From positions 682,001 through 746,000 of the forward strand of contig NW_026782140.1 of the NCBI RefSeq assembly GCF_031769215.1: a stretch of DNA of 64,000 nt, read 5' to 3'. Of the stretch, positions 26,684-38,590 are shown in pieces (positions within the stretch are counted from its first letter, which is position 1; every line of letters starts with the position of its first letter). Made by a program: the position numbers and the translations under genes. This DNA is from Ylistrum balloti. Taxonomy: Eukaryota. The notes beneath the pieces are model-generated. The model ran no database searches. It saw nothing but the letters and a program-made list of their open reading frames with translations, and had not been told where the DNA came from.

Positions 26684-27440
26684 ATGTAAGTGATAGAGAT
26701 TGTTCACTTTTGTATGTGAATATTTTCATTTTTCCATTTCTGTTACATTTATTATCTCCCTTTTGTGATAATAGCTCCTTCATGGTAGGGACAGATTCAT
26801 TGTGTTCTAAAACCTGAAACAAACAAAATTACTTACATTAACATCTTAGTTCCAAACAAGATCAATTCAATTTTATCAGCAAGATCAATGTTTAAGCATC
26901 AATCTTCATTATGTATACCTGAAAGAACATTTCTTACCCACAGTAGCCTTATATCATTATAATAGTTTCCTACAAATGAAGTGTGTCATTTGCCAGTTAC
27001 AAATGCATTTGTGTATTTTTACCTATGTGTGCACTTGGTTTTAAACATTGGAGTTACCGGTCCACTTAGGCCTTTTTTATAAGTTCATTCATTCATTTTG
27101 GAAATGAAAGCAAAAGAAAACAAAAAAAAACAATAGGTAGCCATCTTGAATTTGGACGATTCAAAGGAACAATCCTTGCTTATTGAATACATGTTGTATC
27201 ATAATCACTATCAATAAACATAAATTGTCCTTTACAATTGTTACATCCAAGATGGCTACGTATTGGTCACTTTCTTTTTTCTTTTTTTATTGCTTTCAGT
27301 CGCAAAAATGAACAAATGCACAATACAGGACCAAGGGGAGCATACATATGAAATTTCAGAATGATCCATATGGTAACCACAAACTATAACTGTCAAAATC
27401 CAAGATGGCATGGTCATAAGTCAGCCTTTGTGATTTTCTG

Positions 27441-28893
27441 ATCAGTTCAAAAATGGGACAAAGAGCAGTCAGTCACAAAATGGGACAAAGAGCACTCAGT
27501 CTCAAAATGGGACAAAGAGCAGTCAGTCACAAAATTGGACAAAGAGCAGTCAGTCACAAAATGGGAAAAAGAGCAGTCAGTCACAAAATGGGACAAAGAG
27601 AAGTCAGTAACAAAGTGGGACAAAGAGCAGTCAGTCACAAAATAGGATAAAGAGCAGTCAGTCACAAAATGGGACAAAGAGAAGTCAGTCACAAAGTGGG
27701 ACAAAGAGCAGTCAGTCACAAAGTGGGAAAAAGAGCAGTCAGTCACAAAATGGGACAAAGAGAAGTCAGTCACAAAGTGGGACAAAGAGCAGTCAGTCAC
27801 AAAATTGGACAAAGAGCAGTCAGTCACAAAATGGGAAAAAGAGCAGTCAGTCACAAAATGGGACAAAGAGAAGTCAGTCACAAAGTGGGACAAAGAGCAG
27901 TCAGTCACAAAATGGGACAAAGAGCAGTCAGTCACAAAGTGGGACAAAGAGCAGTCAGTCACAAGATGGGACAAAGAGCAGTCAGTCACAAGATGGGACA
28001 AAGAGCAGTCAGTCACAAAATGGGACAAAGAGCAGTCAGTCACAAAGTGGGAAAAAGAGCAGTCAGTCACAAAATGGGACAAAGAGAAGTCAGTCACAAA
28101 GTGGGACAAAGAGCAGTCAGTCACAAAATTGGACAAAGAGCAGTCAGTCACAAAATGGGAAAAAGAGCAGTCAGTCACAAAATGGGACAAAGAGAAGTCA
28201 GTCACAAAGTGGGACAAAGAGCAGTCAGTCACAAAATGGGACAAAGAGCAGTCAGTCACAAAGTGGGACAAAGAGCAGTCAGTCACAAGATGGGACAAAG
28301 AGCAGTCAGTCACAAAATGGGACAAAGAGCAGTCAGTCACAAAATGGGACAAAGAGCAGTCACAAAATGGGACAAAGAGCAGTCAGTCACAAAATGGGAC
28401 AAAGAGCAGTCAGTCACAAAATTAAACAAAGAGCAGTCAGTCACAAAATGGGACAAAGAGCAGTCAGTCACAAAATGGGACAAAGAGCAGTCAGTCACAA
28501 GATGGGGCAAAGAGCAGTCAGTCACAAAATTGGACAAAGAGAAGTCAGTCACAAAGTGGGACAAAGAGCAGTCAGTCACAAAATGGGACAAAGAGCAGTC
28601 AGTCACAAAATGGGACAAAGAGCAGTCAGTCACAAAATTGGACAAAGAGAAGTCAGTCACAAAGTGGGACAAAGAGAAGTCAGTCACAAAATGGGACAAA
28701 GAGCAGTCAGTCACAAAATGGGACAAAGAGAAGTCAGTAACAAAGTGGGACAAAGAGCAGTCAGTCACAAAATGGGACAAAGAGCAGTCAGTCACAAGAT
28801 GGGACAAAGAGCAGTCAGTCACAAGATGGGACAAAGAGCAGTCAGTCACAAGATGGGACAAAGAGCAGTCAGTCACAAAATGGGACAAAGAGC
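27441..28893. repeat. 27-bp tandem satellite, about 54 copies, upstream of the PRORP coding region
   Basis: Unit cagtcagtcacaaaatgggacaaagag. It causes the long KWDKEQSVT, MGQRAVSHK and SHFVTDCSL pseudo-ORFs. Confidence 0.97.
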
Positions 28894-28942
28894 AACCTAC
28901 ATGTGGAATTTTAGAATGATGTATCTGAAATTTTCCACAAAA

Positions 28943-29407
28943 GGATTCTGGTCATTTCGGTACCCATTGATTTGGTACCCAGTCATTTCGATACCCGTTG
29001 TTTTGGTACCCAGTCATTTTGGTACCTGTTGTTTTGGTACCCAGTCTTTTTTCGTACCTGTTGTTTTGGTACCCAGTCATTTTGGTATCCAGTTATTTTG
29101 GTACCTGTTGTTTTGGTGCCCAGTCATTTTGGTACCCAGTCATTTCGGTATGTGCTGTTTTGGTATCCAGTCATTTCGGTAGGCACTGTTTTGGTACCCA
29201 GACATTTTGGTGTCCAGTTATTTTGGTATCTGTTGTTTTGGTACCCAGTCATTTTGGTACCTGTTGTTTTGGTACCAAGTCATTTTGGTACCCGTTGTTT
29301 TGGTACCCAGACATTTTTCGTATTTATATTTTGAAACCACTTCAAAAAGTACCAAAACATCTTTCTTGAGGCACTGAAATGACCACGTACTAAAACGACT
29401 GTTCTCC
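28943..29407. mobile_element. Fold-back MITE-like element with an internal ~31-bp GGTACC-containing repeat
   Basis: Left arm is tandem cagtcattttggtacctgttgttttggtacc (28955-29320). Right arm carries inverted copies (gtaccaaaac, gaaatgacc, gtactaaaacgactg). The termini are imperfectly inverted. Confidence 0.55.
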
Positions 29408-30544
29408 CCAGAAATAGCCATTTGTTTTCCTGAAAAATTCACAAAGCATGTACAAAGAGGAACGTACACGTGAAAGCAGTAACCAGATAGGCCTATAAAT
29501 TTTTACAAAAGTTTTAAAAATCTGTATACTATAAAAACAACAGGCTCACAACGCTTCCAACCAAAAGTGATTATGATCAGTCATGGTGAAGCATGGGACA
29601 TGTGCACTAGGAATTGATATATGGTATGGGTTTGGCACATGTATATATATATATATATATGTATTGAATTTCAAAATATTTTTTTACTTAAGTCGATCAT
29701 CAAAACCCCTTTGGCCGTGACAAAACTTCTTCAGCTTTCCAAACACCATAGTTATGCTGTTTCGCAGTGAAATGGAATAACAATGTCAGTCTATTTCAAT
29801 ATAGTTAAACCGCCATAAGAGGGATCTGTTCCTCACCACCCAAGATGTCATCTATTTTTATTTTCATTTGTGATACTCATTACTCTGTAGCTCGTACGGG
29901 TCTAAGGGAGATAACTGAAGTGCCACAACTACTTGGATCCTTCAGTTTTGAAGTTCTATTTTAATGGTTAAATAAGACATAATCTCATTCATTACCGCAA
30001 AATCTCTTTTAAAAATGTAGTTCAGTACGGGTCGCTAAATGAAGACTCACCACGTGTTTCCAGACAGGTCTTTTCGGAGTAAGCGTTCAGCTTGAATAAG
30101 ATATAAAAACGCCATGTACAATAAAAACAACCGGGAGCGATTGGTTACAACCATCCAAAATAAAGATGTTTAAAACACCAACACCAACCGTTGAAAAGAG
30201 TATTTGATTTGTAGAAAATAATCAGAATTTATATTTACGTATAAACATCTGTGCCATTGCTTAGATGCAACGTTTTACCGTTCAAGTATCAGCTGCTCCC
30301 GGGTACATGCTCTTTTCCGAGTAGGCATTTATGATTACCGTCTGGATCAGTACAACTCTTTTCATTTGTTTACATATCTTTGGTTCATCAACATAAATAT
30401 CGATTGCTCGAGGAAACCAATTGTGTCGGCCTTGTCATTATGAATTCAAAGTAGCCACTCAGTTTTAGTGAAGACAATTGGCCATTAACATCAAATATGT
30501 GGACGAGAGGAAGATGGGTTTGATTTTCCGTGATATAAACAAAA
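29400..30544. promoter_or_regulatory. Probable divergent promoter / 5'UTR region of PRORP and the BTB gene
   Basis: CpG-richer interval between head-to-head genes. The PRORP non-coding first exon must lie upstream of the 26814 acceptor but could not be placed. Confidence 0.45.
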
Positions 30545-32608
30545 ATGTCTCATTACATGAGAGCCGAGAAGAAGCAATTCTTCAGGAACGCACAGGATTA
30601 TATCATTAGGCCGCTGATGCGCCAAAGAGAGACGGGACAGCTATGCGACGTCATACTCCGGATACATGGAAGAATATATCATGCACACCGTGCTATATTA
30701 GCACTTTGGAGTCCATATTTTCTCTCCATGTTTACTTGTGAAATGAGAGAGAAATCTTCCAGAGAAATAGATCTGACGGAATCACTCTTGCTTGAAGACG
30801 ATTCCGTATTCAGTAATGTGTTGGACTATATGTACACGGGGTCACTAACTGTCAACATTTCAAATGTTGATGATATACTCAGAGTGTCTGACTTCTTGCT
30901 TTTAGACGATGTGAAGGACTACTGTCAGCAGTTTTATCTGGATCTAGGTAATTTGGACCTAAGTAATTGTCTGCGAGTGAAATTTCTCACTGAAAACCAC
31001 AATTTGCTGGATGTAAGTGAGGCATGTCAAAAGATAATTGAATCTCGCTTCCATGACTACCTTATCCATAATGATGAAATTCTGGAAATTCCTCCTCCAT
31101 ACTTTTTCCAGTTATTAGAAGATCCAAGAACAGTCCACCAGACAAGTTACAATGAGTTGAAAAGACTTATCACACGCTGGGTTGATTACTGTAAAGAAAG
31201 CAGAGAAATGTACAAGAATGATTTGTGTGCCTGTATCAAGTTATGGGTGTATGACACTGGGGATAGTGCTCCAGCTATATTGGGACAAGGCATTAAGCAG
31301 CGGGACCTGTCCATCTTCATGCAGTCTTCTCTTTCAGATGCAATCAGAAGAGATGCAGAAGGACATATGTCATGCATGCTGAAAGAGAATGTTCTTCATG
31401 AGTCAATCAGTGTGAATGATACAATTTGTCCAGTTCTGTATACAGTGATTTGTAATCAAGGAATGAAATTCCTCAGGATCTTGGTCTACAGTATATACAG
31501 TCAGAAATGGTATCAGTTTCCAATTAGCAGTGAGAAGCTTTCTCAGATGATACCATCTAGACAAACAGTTTGTAGTCTTGTTGCCCACAGAAACTGCCTT
31601 TACATGTATCTTTGTCCTAGCTTCCCTTACCCCTCTGACATGTTAAAGATTAACATCTTGGTTGTTGACCTTTTGAAAGGACAACCAGCAGTATATTCAT
31701 TCCGCACAGCAGACTACTACAACCCAACATACCGAACAACCCTGACCAACTACCGCTCAGTGCCACCAGCTGTGGCAGTGTGTGGCCACAACCTTTATGT
31801 TATTGGTAACAAGGAAGGAGCAGGCAACTTATTCCAGTGCAGTCTAACAAATCATCAGTATAAGTGCCATCAAATTCCGGGCGCTCGTTTCATCAGTTTA
31901 GCAAGAGCAGCAGTTCGAAATGACAGATTCATCTTTCTGTGGTTTCGTCATCGCACTGGTCCTTCAGAAGAATTCTGCATAAAAAAATCAGTGGGGTTTG
32001 TCATGTTTGATACAAAATCAAAAGTGTTCAATTCATGGGAGATCTGTGCCCCTGAGATTTCCTATGATGATTTTGTGAAGCCATACATGTTGTGTGTCCG
32101 AGATGACACAGTTCTCATCTATCATCCTGGCAAACCTGCACTTGTCTTGGATGAAGTCAGGTGTAAATGGGTTACCTCCCTTCGTAAGGTCCCCACGCCT
32201 GGGTCACTGACAGATAATTTAACTGATATGTATGGATATCAAATACAGGCAGCCACTGACAACAGTATCTTCATACTGAACAACCCAGCACCATACACAA
32301 CATCGCTGCACGAGATCAGTGAGATGTATCCACAAACCATCATTCACAGACCGCCCCCGATAGACAACATCTCCTTGGTAGCCTTTGGCTACCTGACCAA
32401 GTCTGACCTCATGGAACTGGACACAGTAGAATACTATGATGATGCCTATGCAAATGCTCTGCAAGTGACGATGCGATTCTCTGATCCAGACACTGATGAT
32501 AGTGGTACAACTCACTCTGGACATGATACTGACAATGACTTTGAATACGATGATGATATATATGATTATGATTATGATCTTGATGGCGATTTTGGCTTTT
32601 CACTTTAA
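30545..32608 (+). CDS. Intronless BTB-BACK protein with degenerate Kelch-like repeats (KLHL/KBTBD-like), 687 aa
   Basis: BTB: LCDVILRIHGRIYHAHRAILALWSPYFLSMF...LDYMYTG. BACK: LDLSNCLRVKFLTENHNL...RWVDY. Kelch-like segments VYSIYSQKW, AVAVCGHNLYVIG, MFDTKSKVF, and an acidic tail. Start context aaacaaaaATG. Confidence 0.93.
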   Translation: MSHYMRAEKKQFFRNAQDYIIRPLMRQRETGQLCDVILRIHGRIYHAHRAILALWSPYFLSMFTCEMREKSSREIDLTESLLLEDDSVFSNVLDYMYTGSLTVNISNVDDILRVSDFLLLDDVKDYCQQFYLDLGNLDLSNCLRVKFLTENHNLLDVSEACQKIIESRFHDYLIHNDEILEIPPPYFFQLLEDPRTVHQTSYNELKRLITRWVDYCKESREMYKNDLCACIKLWVYDTGDSAPAILGQGIKQRDLSIFMQSSLSDAIRRDAEGHMSCMLKENVLHESISVNDTICPVLYTVICNQGMKFLRILVYSIYSQKWYQFPISSEKLSQMIPSRQTVCSLVAHRNCLYMYLCPSFPYPSDMLKINILVVDLLKGQPAVYSFRTADYYNPTYRTTLTNYRSVPPAVAVCGHNLYVIGNKEGAGNLFQCSLTNHQYKCHQIPGARFISLARAAVRNDRFIFLWFRHRTGPSEEFCIKKSVGFVMFDTKSKVFNSWEICAPEISYDDFVKPYMLCVRDDTVLIYHPGKPALVLDEVRCKWVTSLRKVPTPGSLTDNLTDMYGYQIQAATDNSIFILNNPAPYTTSLHEISEMYPQTIIHRPPPIDNISLVAFGYLTKSDLMELDTVEYYDDAYANALQVTMRFSDPDTDDSGTTHSGHDTDNDFEYDDDIYDYDYDLDGDFGFSL

Positions 32609-32929
32609 TATGGATAAGCAGTATTTCACGGGTATCATAGAATGGTGATAATTGTCTCATTAGATATTGAAATCAAAGTAAATTCTTGACTTTTTTTAAC
32701 ATCATGAAATGTGAGTCGTTATTAAATGTTATATACTTGTCATGATATCAGTTTACATGTTACTACCATATTTCAGTGGTGACTGGAATCAGGGTTGGAG
32801 TTATACATGTGCCTAGAAATCCATATTACTTTGGAGTTTCAAGTCTTACATGTATACAGATAGAGCATGGGCATTGGAGCCTCATATATTGTTTGGTACA
32901 TTGAGTCATATGAATCATGGGCCTGGTAA

Positions 32930-33400
32930 CTTCAGGGTACACAAGTCCTTGCTATCAAGGATGTGGAAATTCTGTTACTTTTACATACACAAGTCCTTAT
33001 AATCAGGACCAGGGGCTCGAAAATCCTGGTTGCTATCGTGTACACAGGTCTGAGGGATCAGATGATTGGAAATCCTGGTTGCTTTTGAGTACACAAGTCC
33101 TAGGGATCAGCTAGGCTCGAAAATCCTGGTTACTTTTAGGTACAAGATCCCAGGTGTCAGCTAGACTCCAAAATCCTGAGTACTATAAAGTACACAAATT
33201 CTGGGGATCATCGGCTTGACAATCCTGATTGCTTTTAAGTAAACAGGTCCCAGGGATCAACTGACCTCGAAAATCTCGGGCATGTTTATGTACAAGGTCC
33301 CATGGATTAGCTGGGCTCTGAAATTCTTGGTATTTTAAGTATGAAAGATCTAGAGATCAGGTGCTCAGCAATCCTGGTTACTTTTTTCTATGTAACTTCT
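32930..33400. repeat. Degenerate ~51-bp tandem repeat downstream of the BTB gene
   Basis: Recurrent ctcgaaaatcctggttgcttttaagtacacaggtcccagggatcagctagg-like units. Confidence 0.65.
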
Positions 33401-33750
33401 TGGGATTAGGGATGTTGTGGTCTTTGTTACTTTCTGGTACACAAATCTTGTGTTGTTTTGTATACATTAACACTGTAAGCTTTAGTAGTCCTTAGAAAGA
33501 TGATCTGCACCCAAGTACATGTTTTCACAGTTTGGTACGTGGAAGGGCACCCTTTATACTCCATTGTTTATGCTCACTACATCCTCTTTACTCCCTGGAA
33601 CATTTCATGGCAAAATTAAGTGTGACACCTTGTTCCTTTAATGTATGTCGAACAAATTTTGAGGTCGCATAACACGTGTTGTACTGACTTTGAAGTTGGA
33701 TGTCGCTCCTTTATAATCTTTGAAGGAGTGTATCAGCCTATGATTGGTCA

Positions 33751-33833
33751 CTTTTTTCTCCTGAGTTCCGCCCTCGACCTTTTTCTCCTGAGTTCTGCCC
33801 TCGACCTTTTTCTCCTGAGTTCGGACCTCGACC
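33751..33833. repeat. 27-bp tandem repeat, 3 copies
   Basis: Unit ctttttctcctgagttccgccctcgac. Confidence 0.85.
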
Positions 33834-36800
33834 TATCAAAGTATTTGGGGTGTGGTTCCAATTTGTCTTGTAATCTTCCAGGGGTGCAGAGGGAGAAAGT
33901 AATCATAATCCCTGGAGTATCGAAGATGATGGAATGGTTCATGCATGGTCACAAATGAATAATACTGTGGCATACATAAAGCGAGGAGTGGCTGGTGAGA
34001 GAGAAAGTTTGATTTGTTCAGTATGTGTCTCCATGTTTCATATTAAATATGATTGCTTCAAATCAAAAGATAAATCAGTTTGATTCATGATACACACGAT
34101 TCAATCTAGAGAGGTTACACTGTCTGGAAATCAGAGTAGTAATTCACAGTGTCGATGAAATTCTGGCTATATCTATGTGAGTGTAAGATTGTTATATGTG
34201 GATGTTGTACTGACCTGCTGTGCATGCTGGTAATATATGAAGCTTACAGAGTAACAATGGTTCAGTCCATGGTAGTGTATGTATTTATGTGTTGTACACT
34301 TAAATATAAACACTTTATGCAATTTTTTTACACCAGTATTTTGCTTGTTGTAATCAGTGTCTAATGCCATTAAGTAAAGATCTTGCTCTGTTGAATATAC
34401 CATTTTTGTGTAGAAATGTACTCAGTCATATGATTTATTGAATCTAAAACTGTTCAGACCCAACCTATTGATGCTTTTCGGGTCATAGATTTTTGTACAC
34501 TTTTTAAAAAATTTTAGCTCACCTATACAAGGGCTAGTGAGCTTGTGCTTTACTGTAACATACGTCATCTGTCTATTGACCTTTTCTCTATCACCAAGAG
34601 GTCCAGGGTACTGATATTGGACCTGTAGCATGATGGGATGAAGTTTAACAAGTTTTTTTTTTTATAAATTAATGACTTTGACTTCAAGGTTGCAGGGGTC
34701 AATGTGATAGAATCTTTAATAAAATTTTTCTCAATAACTAAGAGACCTGAAGTACTGATATTGTTGATGAATTGTTATGATTGTGATCTACTTTCAAGGC
34801 AACAATTGTAAGATATGTTTGAAAGTAATATTGAGTAACACCCACAGAGTGAGTAATGCAGACCCATTGGGACTCTTGTGTATCTTTTTACATTTTGTAT
34901 CCATGGAAACAGAAGGCATTTTAAATACATTGTGCATGCTATAATTTCAGAAATGATTTTAAAATGCCATAAGCATTATTTCTATTTAGGCTGAAGAAAA
35001 TTTGTCAAGGTTTTCGTATGATAGTAATTCTAATAAGTATTTGCATGATAATTGTAGGCCTTTTATAAAAAAAAAATCCACTATCTACAGCAAATTTTGA
35101 AGTTCACAATCATTGGTACCATCAGTATACACTTTTTGATCTGTGCCATATTTGATCTCAATACGTTTTTTACATTTCAGCAGAATTTATGTTGCTGTAA
35201 TTCAGCTGCATTATGACTTCTACAAGAGTTATGTCCCTTCGGATACAATCCAGCAACAGCAGCTAATTGTCAAGCCATACTGTAGCCATAATCCACCATT
35301 CTGTGACATGTACCACTTACAAATGTGTTCCTGGTGTTTTTTAATGAATGAGATGACGGTGATAAGTTCCTTTTGGAAGTATGATCAACATTTTTGGTAG
35401 TACACATGTATAGTTTGTAGTCATTCTCAACCCATAAATAGCATTGAATATATAGATATTAGATATTGTGTATTGTGATCATTCTTACAGTTTTGTTTAC
35501 CAATCCTGAATAGGTTTGTGAGTCTTGGAAATATTACTGGAACAGATATATGATCAATGAATTAATAACGACAGTACAGACAAGGAAATTGTCAGAGTTT
35601 CTCAACAGTTGGATTTGATGTGGAAAATTCCTCATTTATTATTCACTTAAATATGCTCTTTTAGAAAAAATATTAGGAAGATTGTGTTAAAAACAAAAAT
35701 GTTTTCATTTTTTTGTATTTCTGTGAATATTTTCATGGGGCTAACTTAATATTTAGATTTAATTAATCCATTATGCTGATTCTAGTATAAAGATTGTATG
35801 TGATGAAAATTCTCAATACCAAAATTTCAATTTCCCTACCAGTTGGAGAGAAATCTTCCTACTCTGTGCTCTGTAAAATTTATCTATTTTACTATATTAC
35901 TATATGTTTGTGATTCTGGGTGGTAATATGCAGCAGGGGATTGTTATCAGAAGAAATGTGACTACATGAAGAAAATCCATGAGATTAACAAAGTGGTCCA
36001 ATACTTTTTTCACATCTGATCTGGAAATTGAACAATGAGTGCCCAAAACTCCTGCATCACCCACCCATACTATCATCTCACTTGTTATCTGTCTGCCTTT
36101 CGTATTCTTAACTTGTTATGAATGGAGATAGTGTGTGAATTTGAAGTATTTTTTATCTGCAGTCTGTTAAAAGGTGTAAGGGAATGTACATCTAAAATGT
36201 CCCTGTAACTAGAATCTCACTTATCTGTTATCAGTAAGATATTATGAGTAATACATTAAGACATATATTTATACCAGTAACAACATCAAAGTGAAGTAAT
36301 CATGATCACTGGTATACTTAAAGTTTCATTATATATAACACAGTAAGATAACAACAGCAATAACAAGGGGAAGTAACTCCTATTATCCCCATGGTCTGTC
36401 AAGTGTTACTTGTAGTTATATCATAGATACCAACATCAATAACAAGGGGGGGGGGGGAACTGAACTTACCAATGATCTATTAGCAACATATTATTGATAG
36501 TGTAATCATGCATCTGAAGGTACTCAACAAAGAAGGGGAGATAACTCTGATAACTGGTTGTCCCAACAACTTTCCAGTTTAATAGCACAGTCTCTGTTAA
36601 AACAGCGCAGACTTATTTATCAGTTTGTATATAAAACAAAAAATCAAATTAAAACCACCGATTACAGTTTTTTCTTTAGGTGTGCACATTGCACTAAGTG
36701 ACTAGGGGATGATCACTAGTTCATTAGAGATTATTTTCTGCAGTGGTATTTGAGACACATAATTCCACCATAAGTGTTGTTGTTGTTGTTGACAAACCTA

Positions 36801-37559
36801 TTAAATCTTCTGGTCATCATGTGATATAGATGTATAATAACAGCTTCTAGCTGTTTGTATGTTAATCATGTGATTTTTCCATGTACAATATATATATGTA
36901 TTTACATCAGTGTAGACTGTTTGAGGATGATGTTATTAGAATTCTCAGTATTTCTAGTCACTTAAACTATCTGTTTATTATATGTATCACAGTGGCATAT
37001 TTTCTATTTATTTCAGGTTATTGATGTTACTGAAAATACATTGATTTGTGAAAGTTTTTGTCTGTCTTACTTTATTTCAAATTAGTTAACAAGCTTGAAA
37101 AGCAGTAGTTGCTTAACTACCCAATTATTTCTTTCCCAGAAACATAGATATAAGATAATCTGTTTTCTAGCTGCATCAGTCCTATGGTAGGTCTTGTTAG
37201 CTGAAGAAGTTCCTTATATGTCCATCTTGACAAGCCAGCTTGTTCATTCCTTTGTTACTATTTTTCTGTCTGGTATGACTCATGCCTTGGCGTGCCCCAT
37301 CACTTATATGTGTACTTTCCTTTTTTTGTGATTCTTATTTCAATGACAAGGTCATAAAGTGAGATCACAGGTGAAATCAGAGTGTCATTTCAGAGCTGAG
37401 ATTCAAGACTGGTTAATAGAGTCAAAATAGTAAAACATTATTGTGTCATGTTTTTATGACAATTATGATAATTCCAGCTCAAATGATAAGTTAGTTTATA
37501 CCAATGTATGGTGCCAGTCTGGCGTCAACTTTTTATTTAAACTACTTCTTTTCAATGAT

Positions 37560-38590
37560 CATAAAGGAAAAAATGTACTGATATTGGAACTGTATAACAC
37601 TGGGATGAGAGACTACCAAATTTGTTCAAATCAATGACCTTGACCCATTTTCAATGTCACAGAGGTCAAATGTATAAAAATCTTCAAAAGACTTCTTGAT
37701 AACAAAAAATACCTATGGAACTGTATAATGCTGGGATGAAAGACTACCAAATTTGTTTAAATTAATAATCTGCACCTTTTTTCAAATTACTTCCTCTTAG
37801 TAAGCAATATACCTAGGGTACTGATATAAGGCCTGCAGTATGCTTGGATCAAGGGTCACATGGCACAACCCGAGTCCCATTCTCCAAAGAATACTTTAGA
37901 TCAAACATGGACAGTATACTTGTACCAAGATGAATTTTTTAAGAACTTACTACATTTGCCCTATTAAGCCTCACATCTTTGGTCTCAAGGGGTCAGACTC
38001 CTGGTTTTTACTGGTTTATTCGTTTCATCAGGAATGCTTCAGAACAAATCAGGACGAATCGAGACATTCCCACTAAGGAAGAAGGAATTCAAGGATTTTT
38101 TTTCATTTTTCTGTTTCTCGTATTGGGCCCCATCCCTCTTGTTACAGAGGACCAAGATCTTTGGACTAGGTGAGCTAATTAAAAAGAATACCGAAGACAC
38201 TGATATTGGGCCTGTAATATGCTAGACTGAAAAATGTGTTCAAATGAATGACCATGACTCATTTGAGGTAACAGGAGTCAAATGTGTTCAGATTTTCAAA
38301 CGACTTCTTCTCGGTAACAAAAAATACCTCGAACACTGATATTTGGGCCTGTAGTATGTTGGGATGAAGGGCTACTACGTATGTTCAGATGAATGGCCTT
38401 GACCCACTTTCGATGTCACATTAGTCAAATATGTTAAGAACTTTGAATTTCTTCTTTTCAACAAGCAATTTGACTTGGGGTTTGGTATGTGTGTGATATG
38501 GCCTTTCGATTTTACAAAATAATTGGCAAAGTGACAAGTTCTTCGGTGCAAGCTGTGGAACAGATGACCATTTGGCCATTAGGCCTCTTG
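37560..38590. mobile_element. Degenerate HINE-like element (gaccttgacc internal repeats, terminal ggcc...aggcctcttgtt hairpin)
   Basis: Internal repeats gggatgaagggctacca...aatgaccttgacc. The end is the reverse complement of the 24708 start. Confidence 0.45.

Noticed and set aside
25715-26707. ORF-track boundaries for PRORP, and likewise for 11222-12349, 10435-10725, 22667-23065 and 48340-49008
   Set aside because: These calls run into introns or use GTG/TTG starts. Splice sites and first ATGs give the corrected coordinates listed in features.
27447-28919. Long ORFs on both strands (KWDKEQSVT, MGQRAVSHK, SHFVTDCSL repeats)
   Set aside because: Stop-free frames of a 27-bp satellite. They are open in several frames, have no unique domain and no splice context.
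32540-32608. Asp-flanked tyrosines of the BTB tail as sulfation sites linked to the nearby PAPS transporter
   Set aside because: Tyrosine sulfation happens in the Golgi lumen, and the BTB protein has no signal peptide. The proximity is probably coincidental.
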